In this document: one piece after another, positions 54,689 to 64,000 of the stretch
How positions within the stretch are numbered: position 1 is the stretch's first letter
Layout of the letters: every line of letters begins with the position of its first letter
Origin: an uncultured Actinomycetes bacterium
Lineage (GTDB): Bacteria; Actinomycetota; UBA4738; HRBIN12
Reading direction: 5' to 3'
DNA length: 64,000 nt
Assembly (NCBI GenBank): GCA_963704885.1
Contig: CAVPIB010000004.1
Span: 256,001-320,000, forward strand
Notes under the pieces: model-generated
Told to the model about the DNA's origin: nothing
The model's input: only the letters and a program-made list of their open reading frames with translations
The model's database searches: none
Made by a program: the position numbers and the translations under genes

Positions 54689-56119
54689 TCAGCCTGCCTG
54701 CGGTAGAGGCAGCTCGAGATGGAACGACAGTCGCCCCCCGTCGACCTCCCCCCACGCGCGCCCTCCCTGTGCCCGCGCGACCCCTCGGGCGACGAACAGG
54801 CCTATCTTGCTGCCCGATCCCGTCCCCGGGCGACGCGCCACGAACAGCCCCTCCACGTCGTCGGGCGTGAGGTCGGTCCCGTCGCGCCAGACGCGGAGCC
54901 GCAGGACGTCGCCATCGCGCTCCCCGTCGATCGCGATCGGCCCCTCGCGTCCCCACCACACGAGCGCCTCAACGAACGAGAGCAGCGCCGACTTCAGCCG
55001 CGCGGGATCCACCACCAACGACCCGCCGGTTCCCAGCCACCGGATCTCCGGGTGCTCGGGGTCTCGACGCTGCGACTCGATGATGGTCTCGGCGAGGTCG
55101 GAGAGTTCGACCCGCTCGGGGAACATCTCCAGCGTGCCGGCCGCCACCCGGCCCGCATCGACCAGTAACCGGAGGATCGTGTCCATCCGATCAGCATCGA
55201 ACACGATACCCTGCAGCATCAGCGAACGCTGCTCGGGGGTCATCGACTCCCATCGCTTCTCCAGGGCGTACCCGAACCCCTTCATGGCGGTCAGCGGCGA
55301 ACGGATATCGTGAGCGGCCGCCGCGACGATGGTCTCTAGCGGGACGGCGCCGCTGCGGTGTTGGCGTGCCCATTCGAACAGACACACAGTGGCGGCGGCC
55401 GCGAGGTTCAACGACTCGGCCTTACCGCGGTGTGGGATGCGAACGGTCCCGTCGACGGCCTTCAAGACCTCGGACGGCAGTCCATGAGCCTCGTTGCCGA
55501 AGACGAGGGCCAAGGGGCCACCCAGATCTGTTGCGTACAGATCGTCGGCTCCCCTGGCATCCATCGCGAGGATCCGCCGACCTTGCTCATGAGCCAGCTC
55601 CAGCACCTCCAGGGTGGGAACGGCCCTAGCGATCGGCAGATGGAAGACGGATCCGGCCGAGGAACGCACCGTCTTGGGGTTGTAGACGTCTACCGAGCTC
55701 GAGGTGAAAACGATCCCGGACGCGCCGGCGGCGTCGCAGGAGCGCAGGACCGTCCCCGCGTTGCCCGGGTCACGCACCTCGTGGAGGACAACGAGACAAC
55801 CGTCGGTCGGCAGAGTCTCCAAGGCGGTGTCGACGAATGCCGCGATCCCGACGATCCCTTGAGGCGTTACCGTCGACGTCAGCTTGGCCATGACGTCGGC
55901 ACTGACCGCGTGGACCTCTACTCCTTGTTGCCGCGCCCGGATAGCGAGGGGATCCGACGCGTCGCCGACGAAGAGCTCTCTGAGATGGCCGGGTTGTTCG
56001 AGCGCCTCGCCGACGCCCTGAGCGCCCTCGACCAGGAAGCGGCGATCCTCCTCGCGGAACGCACGCTTCTTCAGGCGAACGGCGGCGGCGACCTTCGGGT
56101 TCTTTGCGGACGTCAGCAC
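54689..56119 (-). CDS. SpoU/TrmH-family RNA methyltransferase fused to HisKA and a degenerate HATPase_c domain (476 aa)
   Basis: SPOUT motifs FLVEG, DPGNAGTVLR, VFGNEAHG and AESLNLA are followed in frame by an H-box (AHDIRSPLTAMKG) and a GHKL-like C-terminus (GSKIGLFVARGVARAQGG). Confidence 0.9.
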   Translation of the reverse strand: MLTSAKNPKVAAAVRLKKRAFREEDRRFLVEGAQGVGEALEQPGHLRELFVGDASDPLAIRARQQGVEVHAVSADVMAKLTSTVTPQGIVGIAAFVDTALETLPTDGCLVVLHEVRDPGNAGTVLRSCDAAGASGIVFTSSSVDVYNPKTVRSSAGSVFHLPIARAVPTLEVLELAHEQGRRILAMDARGADDLYATDLGGPLALVFGNEAHGLPSEVLKAVDGTVRIPHRGKAESLNLAAAATVCLFEWARQHRSGAVPLETIVAAAAHDIRSPLTAMKGFGYALEKRWESMTPEQRSLMLQGIVFDADRMDTILRLLVDAGRVAAGTLEMFPERVELSDLAETIIESQRRDPEHPEIRWLGTGGSLVVDPARLKSALLSFVEALVWWGREGPIAIDGERDGDVLRLRVWRDGTDLTPDDVEGLFVARRPGTGSGSKIGLFVARGVARAQGGRAWGEVDGGRLSFHLELPLPQAG

Positions 56120-56201
56120 GGCATCCCATCGGGCTCGAGACGCCCGCAGTCTACGGCTGCAGCCGAGATGGAGGTGTGGGAAGCCCCGCCCGCGGGCGAG
56201 A

Positions 56202-56567
56202 TCAGCCGGCCGCTGGAAGGGCGGACTTGGCCGTTTCGACCAGCGAGGCGAACGCTGTCGGATCATTGACTGCGAGATCGGCGAGGATCTTCCGGTCCAC
56301 CTCGACCCCTGCGACCTTCAGCCCGTTCATGAACCGCGAGTACGGGATCCCGTGCGGGCGAACCGCCGCGTTGATCCGGGCGATCCACAGTCTGCGGAAC
56401 TGCGCCTTGCGGTCGCGTCGATCACGATAGGCGTAGTTGCCGGAGTGCATGACCTGTTCCTTGGCCACGCGGTAGCGCGTCCGACGACTCCCCGTGTAGC
56501 CCTTCGCTTTGGCCAGGACCTCACGGCGTTTCTTCTTCGCATGGACCGATCGTTTCACCCGTGCCAT
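56202..56567 (-). CDS. rplT: 50S ribosomal protein L20
   Basis: MARVKR...[25 protein letters not shown]. Confidence 0.97.
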   Translation of the reverse strand: MARVKRSVHAKKKRREVLAKAKGYTGSRRTRYRVAKEQVMHSGNYAYRDRRDRKAQFRRLWIARINAAVRPHGIPYSRFMNGLKVAGVEVDRKILADLAVNDPTAFASLVETAKSALPAAG

Positions 56568-56571
56568 CAGC

Positions 56572-56763
56572 TCACGCTCCCAGGAGGCGCTTGATCTTCT
56601 TGCGCTCGCCCTTCACCTCGGACATCCCTTCGACCCGGCGTCGCCGGCTCGAACTCTTCTTGGTCAGCATGTGGTTGCCTGTGGCCTTGCGATGGAGCAC
56701 CTTGCCGTTGCGGGTGATCCGGAACCGCTTGGCGGCCGAGCGATTCGTCTTCATCTTCGGCAT
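56572..56763 (-). CDS. rpmI: 50S ribosomal protein L35
   Basis: MPKMKT...AKRFRIT..GK, H.LTKKS. Confidence 0.96.
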   Translation of the reverse strand: MPKMKTNRSAAKRFRITRNGKVLHRKATGNHMLTKKSSSRRRRVEGMSEVKGERKKIKRLLGA

Positions 56764-56768
56764 CATCG

Positions 56769-57323
56769 TTACCCTTCGTCGGACGCGGCCTCGGTGGAGC
56801 GGGGCTCGAGGTGCTTCTTGCTGGGCCCGATCACCATGACCATGTTCCGCCCTTCCTGCTTCGGCATCGAATCCACGACGATGCTTTCCCCAAGCTCCTG
56901 GATCAACCGGTCCAAGATCTTGCGACCGAGATCCGTGTGCGCCATCTCGCGCCCCCGGAACATGATCGTGATCTTGACCTTGGCGCCGGCCCGCAGGAAC
57001 CGCTCGACGTGGCCCTTCTTCGTGTCGTAATCGTGTCGGTCGATCTTCGGACGGAACTTGATCTCTTTGACTTCGACCCGCGACTGCTTCTTACGGGCCT
57101 CTTTCTGGCGGATGTCGCGTTCGTACTTGTACTTCCCGTAATCCATGATGCGGCACACCGGCGGATCGGCCTGCGGCGCAACCTCCACTAGATCCAGGTC
57201 CAGGTCTTTCGCCTGACGCAGCGCATCTTGGGTGGATACCACTCCGATCTGCGCGCCGTCGGCCCCCACCAGACGAACCTGTGGAGACCTGATCCGGTCG
57301 TTGATCCTCGGATCAGTCGAGAC
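56769..57323 (-). CDS. infC: Translation initiation factor IF-3 (probable GTC start)
   Basis: xSTDPRINDRIR...VRLVG, LDLVEVAP, MDYGKYKY, KEIKFRPKI, MFRGRE. Confidence 0.95.
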   Translation of the reverse strand, partial: VSTDPRINDRIRSPQVRLVGADGAQIGVVSTQDALRQAKDLDLDLVEVAPQADPPVCRIMDYGKYKYERDIRQKEARKKQSRVEVKEIKFRPKIDRHDYDTKKGHVERFLRAGAKVKITIMFRGREMAHTDLGRKILDRLIQELGESIVVDSMPKQEGRNMVMVIGPSKKHLEPRSTEAASDEG

Positions 57324-57342
57324 CCCGCATCACCTCTTTCAG

Positions 57343-57408
57343 AAAACAAGCACCGGTCGAGCCGGTGCGCGAAAGCGACAAGTCCTGCACTGCTGACCAG
57401 GAAGTATA
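57343..57408 (-). promoter_or_regulatory. infC-rpmI-rplT promoter and leader with a terminator-like hairpin
   Basis: TATACT at 57403-57408, then GCACCGG-CTCGA-CCGGTGC-TTGTTTT at 57343-57368. Confidence 0.6.
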
Positions 57409-57449
57409 GGCGTCGCCCCGGCTCCGTGTCGACGCCGGCCGAGCGGCCG

Positions 57450-57800
57450 TCACCAATCGGCCTCGAGCGGGCGCCCGTATGCATCTTCGAGCCGCTGCGA
57501 ATCGTCCTCGGTGGTGTAGCCGTAGGCGATCTCGAGGACCCGGCCACGCGTCACTCCCACGCACCGGATCCGATGCGTTTCCTCCGCGGCGACCATGAAT
57601 TCCTCACCGGGCTGAGCTTCCACTATCCGGTTGCCGATCTCGATGGTAAGCCCCGCATCCAGCACCACCCACATCTCGTCGCGCATCCGGTGGTAGTGCA
57701 CGCTCGTTTCCTGCCCCGGCTCGACGGTTATCACGCGCACGGAGGCCGGTTGGTTGAGGGCATGGGTCGCAACCTTGCCCCACGGTTTGTCGACTATCAT
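57450..57800 (-). CDS. Cupin protein (mannose-6-phosphate isomerase type II C-terminal-like)
   Basis: DKPWG, SVHYH..RDE.W, HRI, LEIAYG...EDD..RLEDAYGR. ATGA-coupled to ribH. Confidence 0.85.
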   Translation of the reverse strand: MIVDKPWGKVATHALNQPASVRVITVEPGQETSVHYHRMRDEMWVVLDAGLTIEIGNRIVEAQPGEEFMVAAEETHRIRCVGVTRGRVLEIAYGYTTEDDSQRLEDAYGRPLEADW

Positions 57801-58279
57801 CCGGCCTCCTGAGGTTCGGGCAGGTCGCTCATGAGCGAGACCATGGTGAGCACGGCGTCCGCCGCCTCCCATCCTTTGTTCCCGTGACGACCACCGGCTC
57901 GATCCTCGGCTTGAGCCATCGTTTCGACCGCAAGCACCTCGAAGATCACCGGAAGGCCTGTATCGCGTGCCACGTCGGCGATCCCCCGCGCGGCTTCGTT
58001 CGCCACGAGCTCGAAGTGCGCCGTCTCACCGCGAACGATCGCCCCCAGGCAGATCAGCCCGTCGTACCTGCCGCTCGAGGCCATCCGTCGAGCCACCGGC
58101 GGGATCTCGAAGGCACCGGGTACCCACGCGAGGTCGACGTCGGCCTCGCCCACACCCCGTGCCGATAGACCCGCCTGAGCCCCCTCTACCAGCTTGCTGG
58201 TGACGACGTCGTTGAATCGCGCGGCGACGATCCCGATGCGCCGGCCGCTCCCGTCTGGATCACCCTCGTACGTGTTCAC
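57797..58279 (-). CDS. ribH: Lumazine synthase
   Basis: [24 protein letters not shown]. Confidence 0.96.
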   Translation of the reverse strand: MNTYEGDPDGSGRRIGIVAARFNDVVTSKLVEGAQAGLSARGVGEADVDLAWVPGAFEIPPVARRMASSGRYDGLICLGAIVRGETAHFELVANEAARGIADVARDTGLPVIFEVLAVETMAQAEDRAGGRHGNKGWEAADAVLTMVSLMSDLPEPQEAG

Positions 58280-59553
58280 CGCTCCACCGTGGCACCCGTG
58301 ATGGGCATCGTCTCCGGTAGGTCGTCGAGGAGATGACCCATCTTCTCTCGCTTGGCTCGTAGGTACCCGATGTTCTCGGGCGTCGGGGCCGTCTGGATCG
58401 GGATCCGATCCGAGATCGACAATCCATACCCCTCGAGCCCCGCGCGTTTGGCTGGGTTGTTGGTGAGTAGGCGCATGCTTCGCACCCCCAGGTCGACCAG
58501 GATCTGCGCGCCGATACCGTAGTCGCGGGGATCGGCCGAGAAGCCCAGCTCCAGGTTCGCCTCGACGGTGTCCCGTCCCTGGTCCTGGAGCTCATAGGCG
58601 CGGAGCTTGTGCGTCAACCCGATCGCGCGCCCCTCGTGTCCCCGCACGTAGAGGACGACCCCTCGGCCTTCCTGAGCGACCATCTCCAAGGCCCGGTCGA
58701 GCTGTGCACCACAGTCGCAGCGAAGGGAGCCGAACACGTCTCCTGTTAGGCATTCCGAATGGACGCGCGTGAGCACCTCGGCGCCGTCGCCGATCTCACC
58801 GAGGACGAGGGCGATGTGCGTCCGGCCATCCACCAGACTCTCGAACGCGTAGGACCGGAACTCGCCGTGAGGGGTGGGGATGGTGGTCTCGGCGACCCTC
58901 GCTACCAGGACCTCGTGGGCCCTGCGGTATGCGATCAGATCCGCGATGGAGATGATCTTCAGACCGTGCGTCCTCGCGAATCCTACGAGATCGGGTAGAC
59001 GGGCCATCGTTCCATCGTCGTTGACCGTCTCGCACAAGACGCCGGCCGGGTAGAGCCCCGCCAGGCGAGCGAGATCAACCGAGGCTTCGGTGTGCCCGGC
59101 ACGTTTGAGTACTCCGCCCTCACGGTAGCGCAGAGGGAAGATATGCCCAGGTCGTGAGAGGTCCTCGGGTCCGGTGGCCGGATCGATAACCGTGCGGATA
59201 GTGGTGGCCCGGTCGGCGGCCGAGATCCCGGTAGTCACATCTCTCCTGGCGTCGATAGACACTGTGAACGCCGTCCGCTGATGATCCGTGTTGGCCGCCA
59301 CCATGAGGGGGATCTGGAGCTCGTCCAACCGCTCCCCCTCCACCGGCATGCAGATCACCCCGCTCGAATGCCGGACTATGAACGCGATAGCTTCCGGCGA
59401 AACCTTCTCGGCAGCCATGATGAGATCACCCTCGTTCTCGCGATCCGCGTCGTCGACCACCACCACGAGTCGTCCCGCTCTGATGTCGTCGACGGCCTCG
59501 GGGATCGACGCGAACACGGAACGATCGACGTCTGTCTGTGCGTGCTCGCTCAT
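58276..59553 (-). CDS. ribBA: DHBP synthase / GTP cyclohydrolase II
   Basis: [26 protein letters not shown]...RCDCG, LLTNNP.K. Confidence 0.96.
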   Translation of the reverse strand: MSEHAQTDVDRSVFASIPEAVDDIRAGRLVVVVDDADRENEGDLIMAAEKVSPEAIAFIVRHSSGVICMPVEGERLDELQIPLMVAANTDHQRTAFTVSIDARRDVTTGISAADRATTIRTVIDPATGPEDLSRPGHIFPLRYREGGVLKRAGHTEASVDLARLAGLYPAGVLCETVNDDGTMARLPDLVGFARTHGLKIISIADLIAYRRAHEVLVARVAETTIPTPHGEFRSYAFESLVDGRTHIALVLGEIGDGAEVLTRVHSECLTGDVFGSLRCDCGAQLDRALEMVAQEGRGVVLYVRGHEGRAIGLTHKLRAYELQDQGRDTVEANLELGFSADPRDYGIGAQILVDLGVRSMRLLTNNPAKRAGLEGYGLSISDRIPIQTAPTPENIGYLRAKREKMGHLLDDLPETMPITGATVER

Positions 59554-60134
59554 ACGGGATGTCCTTCCATCAGTCGCTCGACATACTTCGCGATCACATC
59601 CACTTCGATGTTCAGCCGGTCGCCCGGGACGGAGGAGCCAAGGGTGGTCGCCCCAAGGGTGTGGGGGATCAGGGCGATATCGATCTCGTCATCCTCGATC
59701 CTCGCCACGGTGAGACTGATCCCGTCCACCGCGATCGAGCCCTTCTCCACGACGTAGCGGATGAGCCCCCGAGGCACTCGGAGCGTGAGGACGGCACCAC
59801 GATCGTCGGGCGTCAGGCGGATGATCTCTCCCACGCCGTCGACATGGCCTTGCACCAGATGACCACCGAGCCTCGCGGACAGCGTCACCGGTCGTTCGAG
59901 GTTCACGGCATCACCTGGCCTGAGTCGGCCGAGGCTCGATCGGGCGAGTGTCTCCGAGGAGAGTTCGAAACCCAGCCCCTCTCCACCGTTGGTCACGACG
60001 GTCAGACATACGCCGTTCACCGCGATCGAGTCGCCCACCTGACCACCCGACTCGATCGATCGGGAGGCTACGGACAATCGGTTGCCCTCCAAGGTCCGAA
60101 CCTCGGCGCACTCCTCAATGATCCCGGTGAACAT
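59550..60134 (-). CDS. ribE: Riboflavin synthase
   Basis: [32 protein letters not shown]. Confidence 0.96.
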   Translation of the reverse strand: MFTGIIEECAEVRTLEGNRLSVASRSIESGGQVGDSIAVNGVCLTVVTNGGEGLGFELSSETLARSSLGRLRPGDAVNLERPVTLSARLGGHLVQGHVDGVGEIIRLTPDDRGAVLTLRVPRGLIRYVVEKGSIAVDGISLTVARIEDDEIDIALIPHTLGATTLGSSVPGDRLNIEVDVIAKYVERLMEGHPV

Positions 60135-61218
60135 CTGCCACCACCTTCAGGTCCTCGCCGAGACGCTCGAAGCTCACGATGTCCACATCCAGCGCTTCGC
60201 CGATGGTTGCGACACCGTCCCCCATCAACACCCCGGGGGCGTCGGCGCCACCGACGAGCTTGGGCGCCAGGTACAGCACGAGCCGATCGACGCAGCCAGC
60301 CTGCACGAACCCCCAGGCGAGAGATCCGCCGCCTTCCACGAGCACGCCCTGTGCATCACGCTTGCCCAGACGCGCCAGAAGATCCGGAAGGGACACCCCT
60401 CCCGCGGGATCGCGCTCGACGAGCTCGACGTCGGCACCCGCCGCCACCCAGGCGTCGACCCGGTCGGGCTCCACGTCATCGGTCGTGGCCACCAGGGTCT
60501 CTGCCTCGTGATCGAAGAGCTGAAGCTCTGCTGGGACTCGCCCCGTGGCGTCGACGACCACGCGTAGAGGCGGCAGCCCCGAGTAGCCGGGATCGCGAAC
60601 GGTAAGCGATGGATCATCGGCGATCGCCGTGCCGGCCCCCACGACGATCGCGTCGGCGTTCGCGCGGAGCCTCTGGACGTCGGCTCGGGCCGCCTCGCCA
60701 GTGATCCATCTCGAGGACCCATCCCGCGCCGCGATCCTTCCGTCGAGAGAGGCTGCCATCTTCAAAGTCACGAACGGGAGTCCGGTCGTCACGTGTCGTT
60801 CGTAGGCCTCGTTGAATCTCCGCGACTCCAGCTCCAGGGGACCCACGGTGACGTCGATCCCGGCCGCTCGGAGCCGAGTGAACCCCCGGCCGTCCACGAT
60901 GGGATTCGGATCGCCCGTCGCCGCGACCACATGCGAAACTCCGGCACGGATCACGGCGCCCGTGCATGCGGGCGTGCGGCCGACGTGATCGCACGGCTCG
61001 AGCGTGCAGTACAAGGTGGCACCGCGAGCGCCTTCCCCCGCCGATGCCAGAGCCATCACCTCGGCGTGCGGGGTACCTGGCCCTTCGTGCCAGCCTTCGG
61101 CCACGACGACCCCGTCTCGGACGACGACGGCCCCGACGAGGGGGTTCGGGGAGACGTGCCCTCTAGCGCGCTCTGCCAACCTGAGCGCTCGGGCCATATG
61201 GATCTCATGTTCCGTCAC
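60115..61218 (-). CDS. ribD: Riboflavin biosynthesis deaminase/reductase
   Basis: PNPLVG, HAE, TLEPCDH..RTPAC, SLDG.IA, VEGG. Confidence 0.96.
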   Translation of the reverse strand: MTEHEIHMARALRLAERARGHVSPNPLVGAVVVRDGVVVAEGWHEGPGTPHAEVMALASAGEGARGATLYCTLEPCDHVGRTPACTGAVIRAGVSHVVAATGDPNPIVDGRGFTRLRAAGIDVTVGPLELESRRFNEAYERHVTTGLPFVTLKMAASLDGRIAARDGSSRWITGEAARADVQRLRANADAIVVGAGTAIADDPSLTVRDPGYSGLPPLRVVVDATGRVPAELQLFDHEAETLVATTDDVEPDRVDAWVAAGADVELVERDPAGGVSLPDLLARLGKRDAQGVLVEGGGSLAWGFVQAGCVDRLVLYLAPKLVGGADAPGVLMGDGVATIGEALDVDIVSFERLGEDLKVVADVHRDH

Positions 61219-61288
61219 CGGTCACCCCCATCGGGGGCGAGGTGGGAACGCGAGGCGCGCGACCCACGCTCAACGCGGATCGCTACAC

Positions 61289-61415
61289 CCGTCTCCTCCC
61301 ATCCCGACTCTCACGGTCGGTTCCGGAATCTCACCGGATCAACCTTCGCGTGGCTCGCGAAGGGTCGCGGACTGTCACCGCCGGTGGGGAATCGCACCCC
61401 GCCCCGGAAACGAGC
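61289..61415 (-). ncRNA. FMN riboswitch (RFN element)
   Basis: CGGGGCGGGGTGCGATTCCCCACCGGCGGT...AGTCCGCGA...GATCCGGTGAGATTCCGGAACCGAC.GT...AGTCGGGATGGGAGGAG. A TATACT -10 box lies at 61428-61433, and a hairpin at 61222-61240 sequesters the ribD SD. Confidence 0.95.
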
Positions 61416-61471
61416 TATCTGCGGCCAAGTATACGAGGGCTGGGGCGGTGAGGCGAGATCGGTTCGCCCCG

Positions 61472-62401
61472 TCAGGGCGCGCGGCGATCGATCGCGAACG
61501 AAGACCCGAGATCCCGTTTCGCGAACTGCTTCATCTCGGTCGCGACCGCTACCGCCTCGCCGTAGTGGGCGAAGCCGCGTCGGGCCGTGGTCGCGATGCC
61601 GACGGAGATCGCCACCAGGGGGACGTCCTGCATCTCTCCCTTACGGTCTTCCATCCGGATGAACCCACGCTCGAGGTCCTCGGCCTCGTAGAACTCGGTG
61701 CGCGCTTCGTCGAACCGTAAACAGATCCTCTGAGCGACCTGCTCCGCGACGTCAGGATCGACGACCGCGACGAAGTCGTCGCCGCCCACGTGGCCGACGA
61801 ACCCCTCTCCTGGATCGGACTCAACAACCGCGTCCTGGATTATCCGGGCAGTCGTCTGGATAACGCGGTCACCCCGGACGAAGCCTTTCTGGTCGTTGTA
61901 GGTCTTGAAGTTGTCCAGATCGCAGTACAAGACGGCGAAGGGTCGCGCCTCCCGCACCTGCCGCTCGATCTCCTCTTGGATCCTGATGTTCCCCGGAAGG
62001 CCAGTGAGCGGCGAGAGGTTGCGCATCTCCTTGGCTCGTCGAAGGGTGCCCTTCACGCGGGCCAGTAGCTCGATCGGATCGAAAGGTTTGATGATGTAGT
62101 CGTCGGCCCCCGACTGAAGACCAGTGACCTTGTCGGCCGACAGTGCTTTGGCGGTCAACATGATGATGCTGGTGTTCGCGGTCTGCGGGTTCTTCCGCAG
62201 GCGTTGGGCGACCTCGAACCCATCGATCCGCGGCATCATCACATCGAGCAGAACGAGGTCCGGGCGAAGCTCCGCGGCGCGCTCGAGCGCCTCCTCGCCA
62301 TCGCCCGCCACCGCCACGTTGTAGCCCGCGGATCGCAGGTTCACCTCGACGAACCGCGCGATGTCCGGATCGTCGTCGACGACGAGGATGGTCTCAGGCA
62401 C
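61472..62401 (-). CDS. Response regulator with a GGDEF-family domain (GGDDF motif)
   Basis: Receiver domain VVDDD, LLDVMMP, KPF. Output domain PLTGLPGN, DLDNFK.YND, GHVGGDDF. Confidence 0.9.
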   Translation of the reverse strand: MPETILVVDDDPDIARFVEVNLRSAGYNVAVAGDGEEALERAAELRPDLVLLDVMMPRIDGFEVAQRLRKNPQTANTSIIMLTAKALSADKVTGLQSGADDYIIKPFDPIELLARVKGTLRRAKEMRNLSPLTGLPGNIRIQEEIERQVREARPFAVLYCDLDNFKTYNDQKGFVRGDRVIQTTARIIQDAVVESDPGEGFVGHVGGDDFVAVVDPDVAEQVAQRICLRFDEARTEFYEAEDLERGFIRMEDRKGEMQDVPLVAISVGIATTARRGFAHYGEAVAVATEMKQFAKRDLGSSFAIDRRAP

Positions 62402-63063
62402 TAGGCGGCCTCCCCGCGCGCGATCGCCGCGAGTTCCCTGGCGGCCTGCGCCGGATCCGGAGACCTGAACAGCGCCGACGCCGCCACGAGGACCGTAGCC
62501 CCGGCATCCACCGCACGCTTCGCGTTGTGGGCCTTCACGCCGCCGTCGATCTCGATCGCGGTGTGAAGGCCCCGGCGCTCCACTTCGTCCCTAGCTGCTT
62601 CCAGACGCGGATAGATCTCCGGGTTCAGCTCTTGCCCTGCCCATCCGGGCCTGATGCTCATGAGCATCAGGTCGTCCAGCTCTTCTAGGTGAGCGAACGA
62701 CGCCTCGACGCGAGTCTCGAGGTTGAGCGTCATCCCCACCCGCAATCCGGCCCCACGCGCCTTCGCGATGATGGGCGCCGGATCGTCTACGGCCTCGTGG
62801 TGGAACGAGACGATATCCAGTCCTGCCTCAGCCAGCTCGTCGAACAGCCCCTCAGGCGATTCGACCATCAGGTGCCCGTGCAGGACGAGGTCCGTCACGG
62901 GTCTCAGCGAGGCCACTACCACCGGTCCGATCGTTATCGGCGGCACGAAATGAGCATCCATGATGTCGATGTGGATGGCTTCGGCATAGGGTTCGATCAG
63001 CTTGACCTGATCGGCCAGATGGGCGAAGTCGGCAGCCAGGATCGATGCGGAAAGCGTGGCCAT
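62401..63063 (-). CDS. rpe: Ribulose-phosphate 3-epimerase
   Basis: SILAADF, HIDIMDAHFVP, HLMV, IEIDGG. Confidence 0.95.
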   Translation of the reverse strand: MATLSASILAADFAHLADQVKLIEPYAEAIHIDIMDAHFVPPITIGPVVVASLRPVTDLVLHGHLMVESPEGLFDELAEAGLDIVSFHHEAVDDPAPIIAKARGAGLRVGMTLNLETRVEASFAHLEELDDLMLMSIRPGWAGQELNPEIYPRLEAARDEVERRGLHTAIEIDGGVKAHNAKRAVDAGATVLVAASALFRSPDPAQAARELAAIARGEAA

Positions 63064-63085
63064 CGCCGCGTATCGTACCCGCCGG

Positions 63086-64000
63086 TCACTGGCGTTTCGT
63101 GAAGGCTGCCACGAACATCCCGTCCGAACCGTGCCGATGAGGCCACAGTCGCAGACGAGGAGCGGGGCCGTCCGGTCCCTGGATCGTGACCGGCTGCAGC
63201 TCGGGGCGATGGCGGACGAGCGCGTCGCAAACCGCGTCCGTCTCGGCTCGAGGGAACGTGCACACGGAGTAGACGAGGCGGCCGCCCGGATCCAGAGCAT
63301 CGGCCGCGGCCGCCGCGATGCGGACCTGGAGCTTGGCGAGCCTCGATAGCTCGGCCCTCTGTGGCCGCCAGAGCAATTCCGGGCGTCTACGTGCCGACCC
63401 GATCCCCGAGCACGGGGCGTCCACGAGGACACGATCGAATCCGTTCCGGAGCGCGGGCGCGGTGGCGTCTTGAGCGAACGCCAGGACCCGCACCCCCAGT
63501 CGCCGCGCGGTTCGGCGAACGAGAGCCACCCGCTCGGGGTGCACATCGCTCGCGACCACGCAACCCGACTCCCCGACCAGGCAGGCGGCATGGCAGGTCT
63601 TGCCGCCGGGAGCCGCACAGACATCGAATACACGGTCGCCCGGGCGGGGGGAGAGCGCAGACATGACGAACGCCGACGCCTGATCCTGGACGGCGAACCA
63701 CCCATCCGTGAAGCCGGGCAGCCGAGCGGGATCGCCGCCGTCCAGCAGGAGGCAGTCGGGGTGTAGAGCAGCGGGTCGGGGGTCGAGACCGCCCGCTCGA
63801 AGGGTCTCGCTCAGAGCGGAGACCGACGTTCGGCAGGTGTTCGTTCGGAGGCTGAGCCAACCACGCTCGCCGAGACCCTCTGCGGCGAGCTCCGCGTCGT
63901 CCCCCAGCAGCACGCGTAGTTCCCGTACCGCCCATGGCGCGAGCCCCGTTCTGGCCGAGACGTCCTCCTCCGCATCGCCCAGGGGTGGCGAAGGAGGATC
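63086..64000 (-). CDS. rsmB: 16S rRNA m5C967 methyltransferase RsmB/Sun, 5' end truncated by the window
   Basis: VQDQAS, DVCAAPGGKT, LVDAPCSG.G, LVYSVCT, DGMF. Confidence 0.92.
   Translation of the reverse strand, partial: DPPSPPLGDAEEDVSARTGLAPWAVRELRVLLGDDAELAAEGLGERGWLSLRTNTCRTSVSALSETLRAGGLDPRPAALHPDCLLLDGGDPARLPGFTDGWFAVQDQASAFVMSALSPRPGDRVFDVCAAPGGKTCHAACLVGESGCVVASDVHPERVALVRRTARRLGVRVLAFAQDATAPALRNGFDRVLVDAPCSGIGSARRRPELLWRPQRAELSRLAKLQVRIAAAAADALDPGGRLVYSVCTFPRAETDAVCDALVRHRPELQPVTIQGPDGPAPRLRLWPHRHGSDGMFVAAFTKRQ

Overview
High-GC bacterial chromosome segment. Gene order and the 16S/23S signatures point to a deep-branching, probably uncultured actinomycete. It is core genome: no transposase, prophage or CRISPR array was seen. 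A dif-like XerCD site sits at 1828-1855, exactly where gene orientation flips, so the window probably begins at the replication terminus. To its right nearly all genes are on the minus strand. Read from the right end: rsmB, rpe, REC-GGDEF, FMN riboswitch with ribD-ribE-ribBA-ribH, infC-rpmI-rplT, a SpoU fusion, pheS-pheT-argF-polX-mpg, PBP1A(+), tyrS, a full rRNA operon, TPR, tlyA-nadK-recN-steA-steB, pyrG-nudF-ald-xerD-dksA-deoB-pdp, trpS-scpA-scpB-rluB-aroH-tyrA-aroA-cmk-der, tRNA-Pro, pgsA-gcvH, garA-merR-dacB-hpt-DUF151-merR, a nuclease-like gene and gcvPA-gcvPB. The most unusual items are: (1) a SpoU/TrmH RNA methyltransferase fused to a histidine-kinase-like module with an intact H-box but a degenerate ATP-binding domain; (2) a perfect parS palindrome inside an in-frame insertion in aroA, about 12.7 kb from dif and beside scpAB; (3) a site-2 protease homologue with HExxH replaced by RExxR; (4) several genes whose best start codon is non-canonical (infC GTC, steA ACG, trpS ATC, possibly mpg CTG); (5) a +1 frameshift in hpt. 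All family calls come from motif recognition by eye, and no database searches were run.
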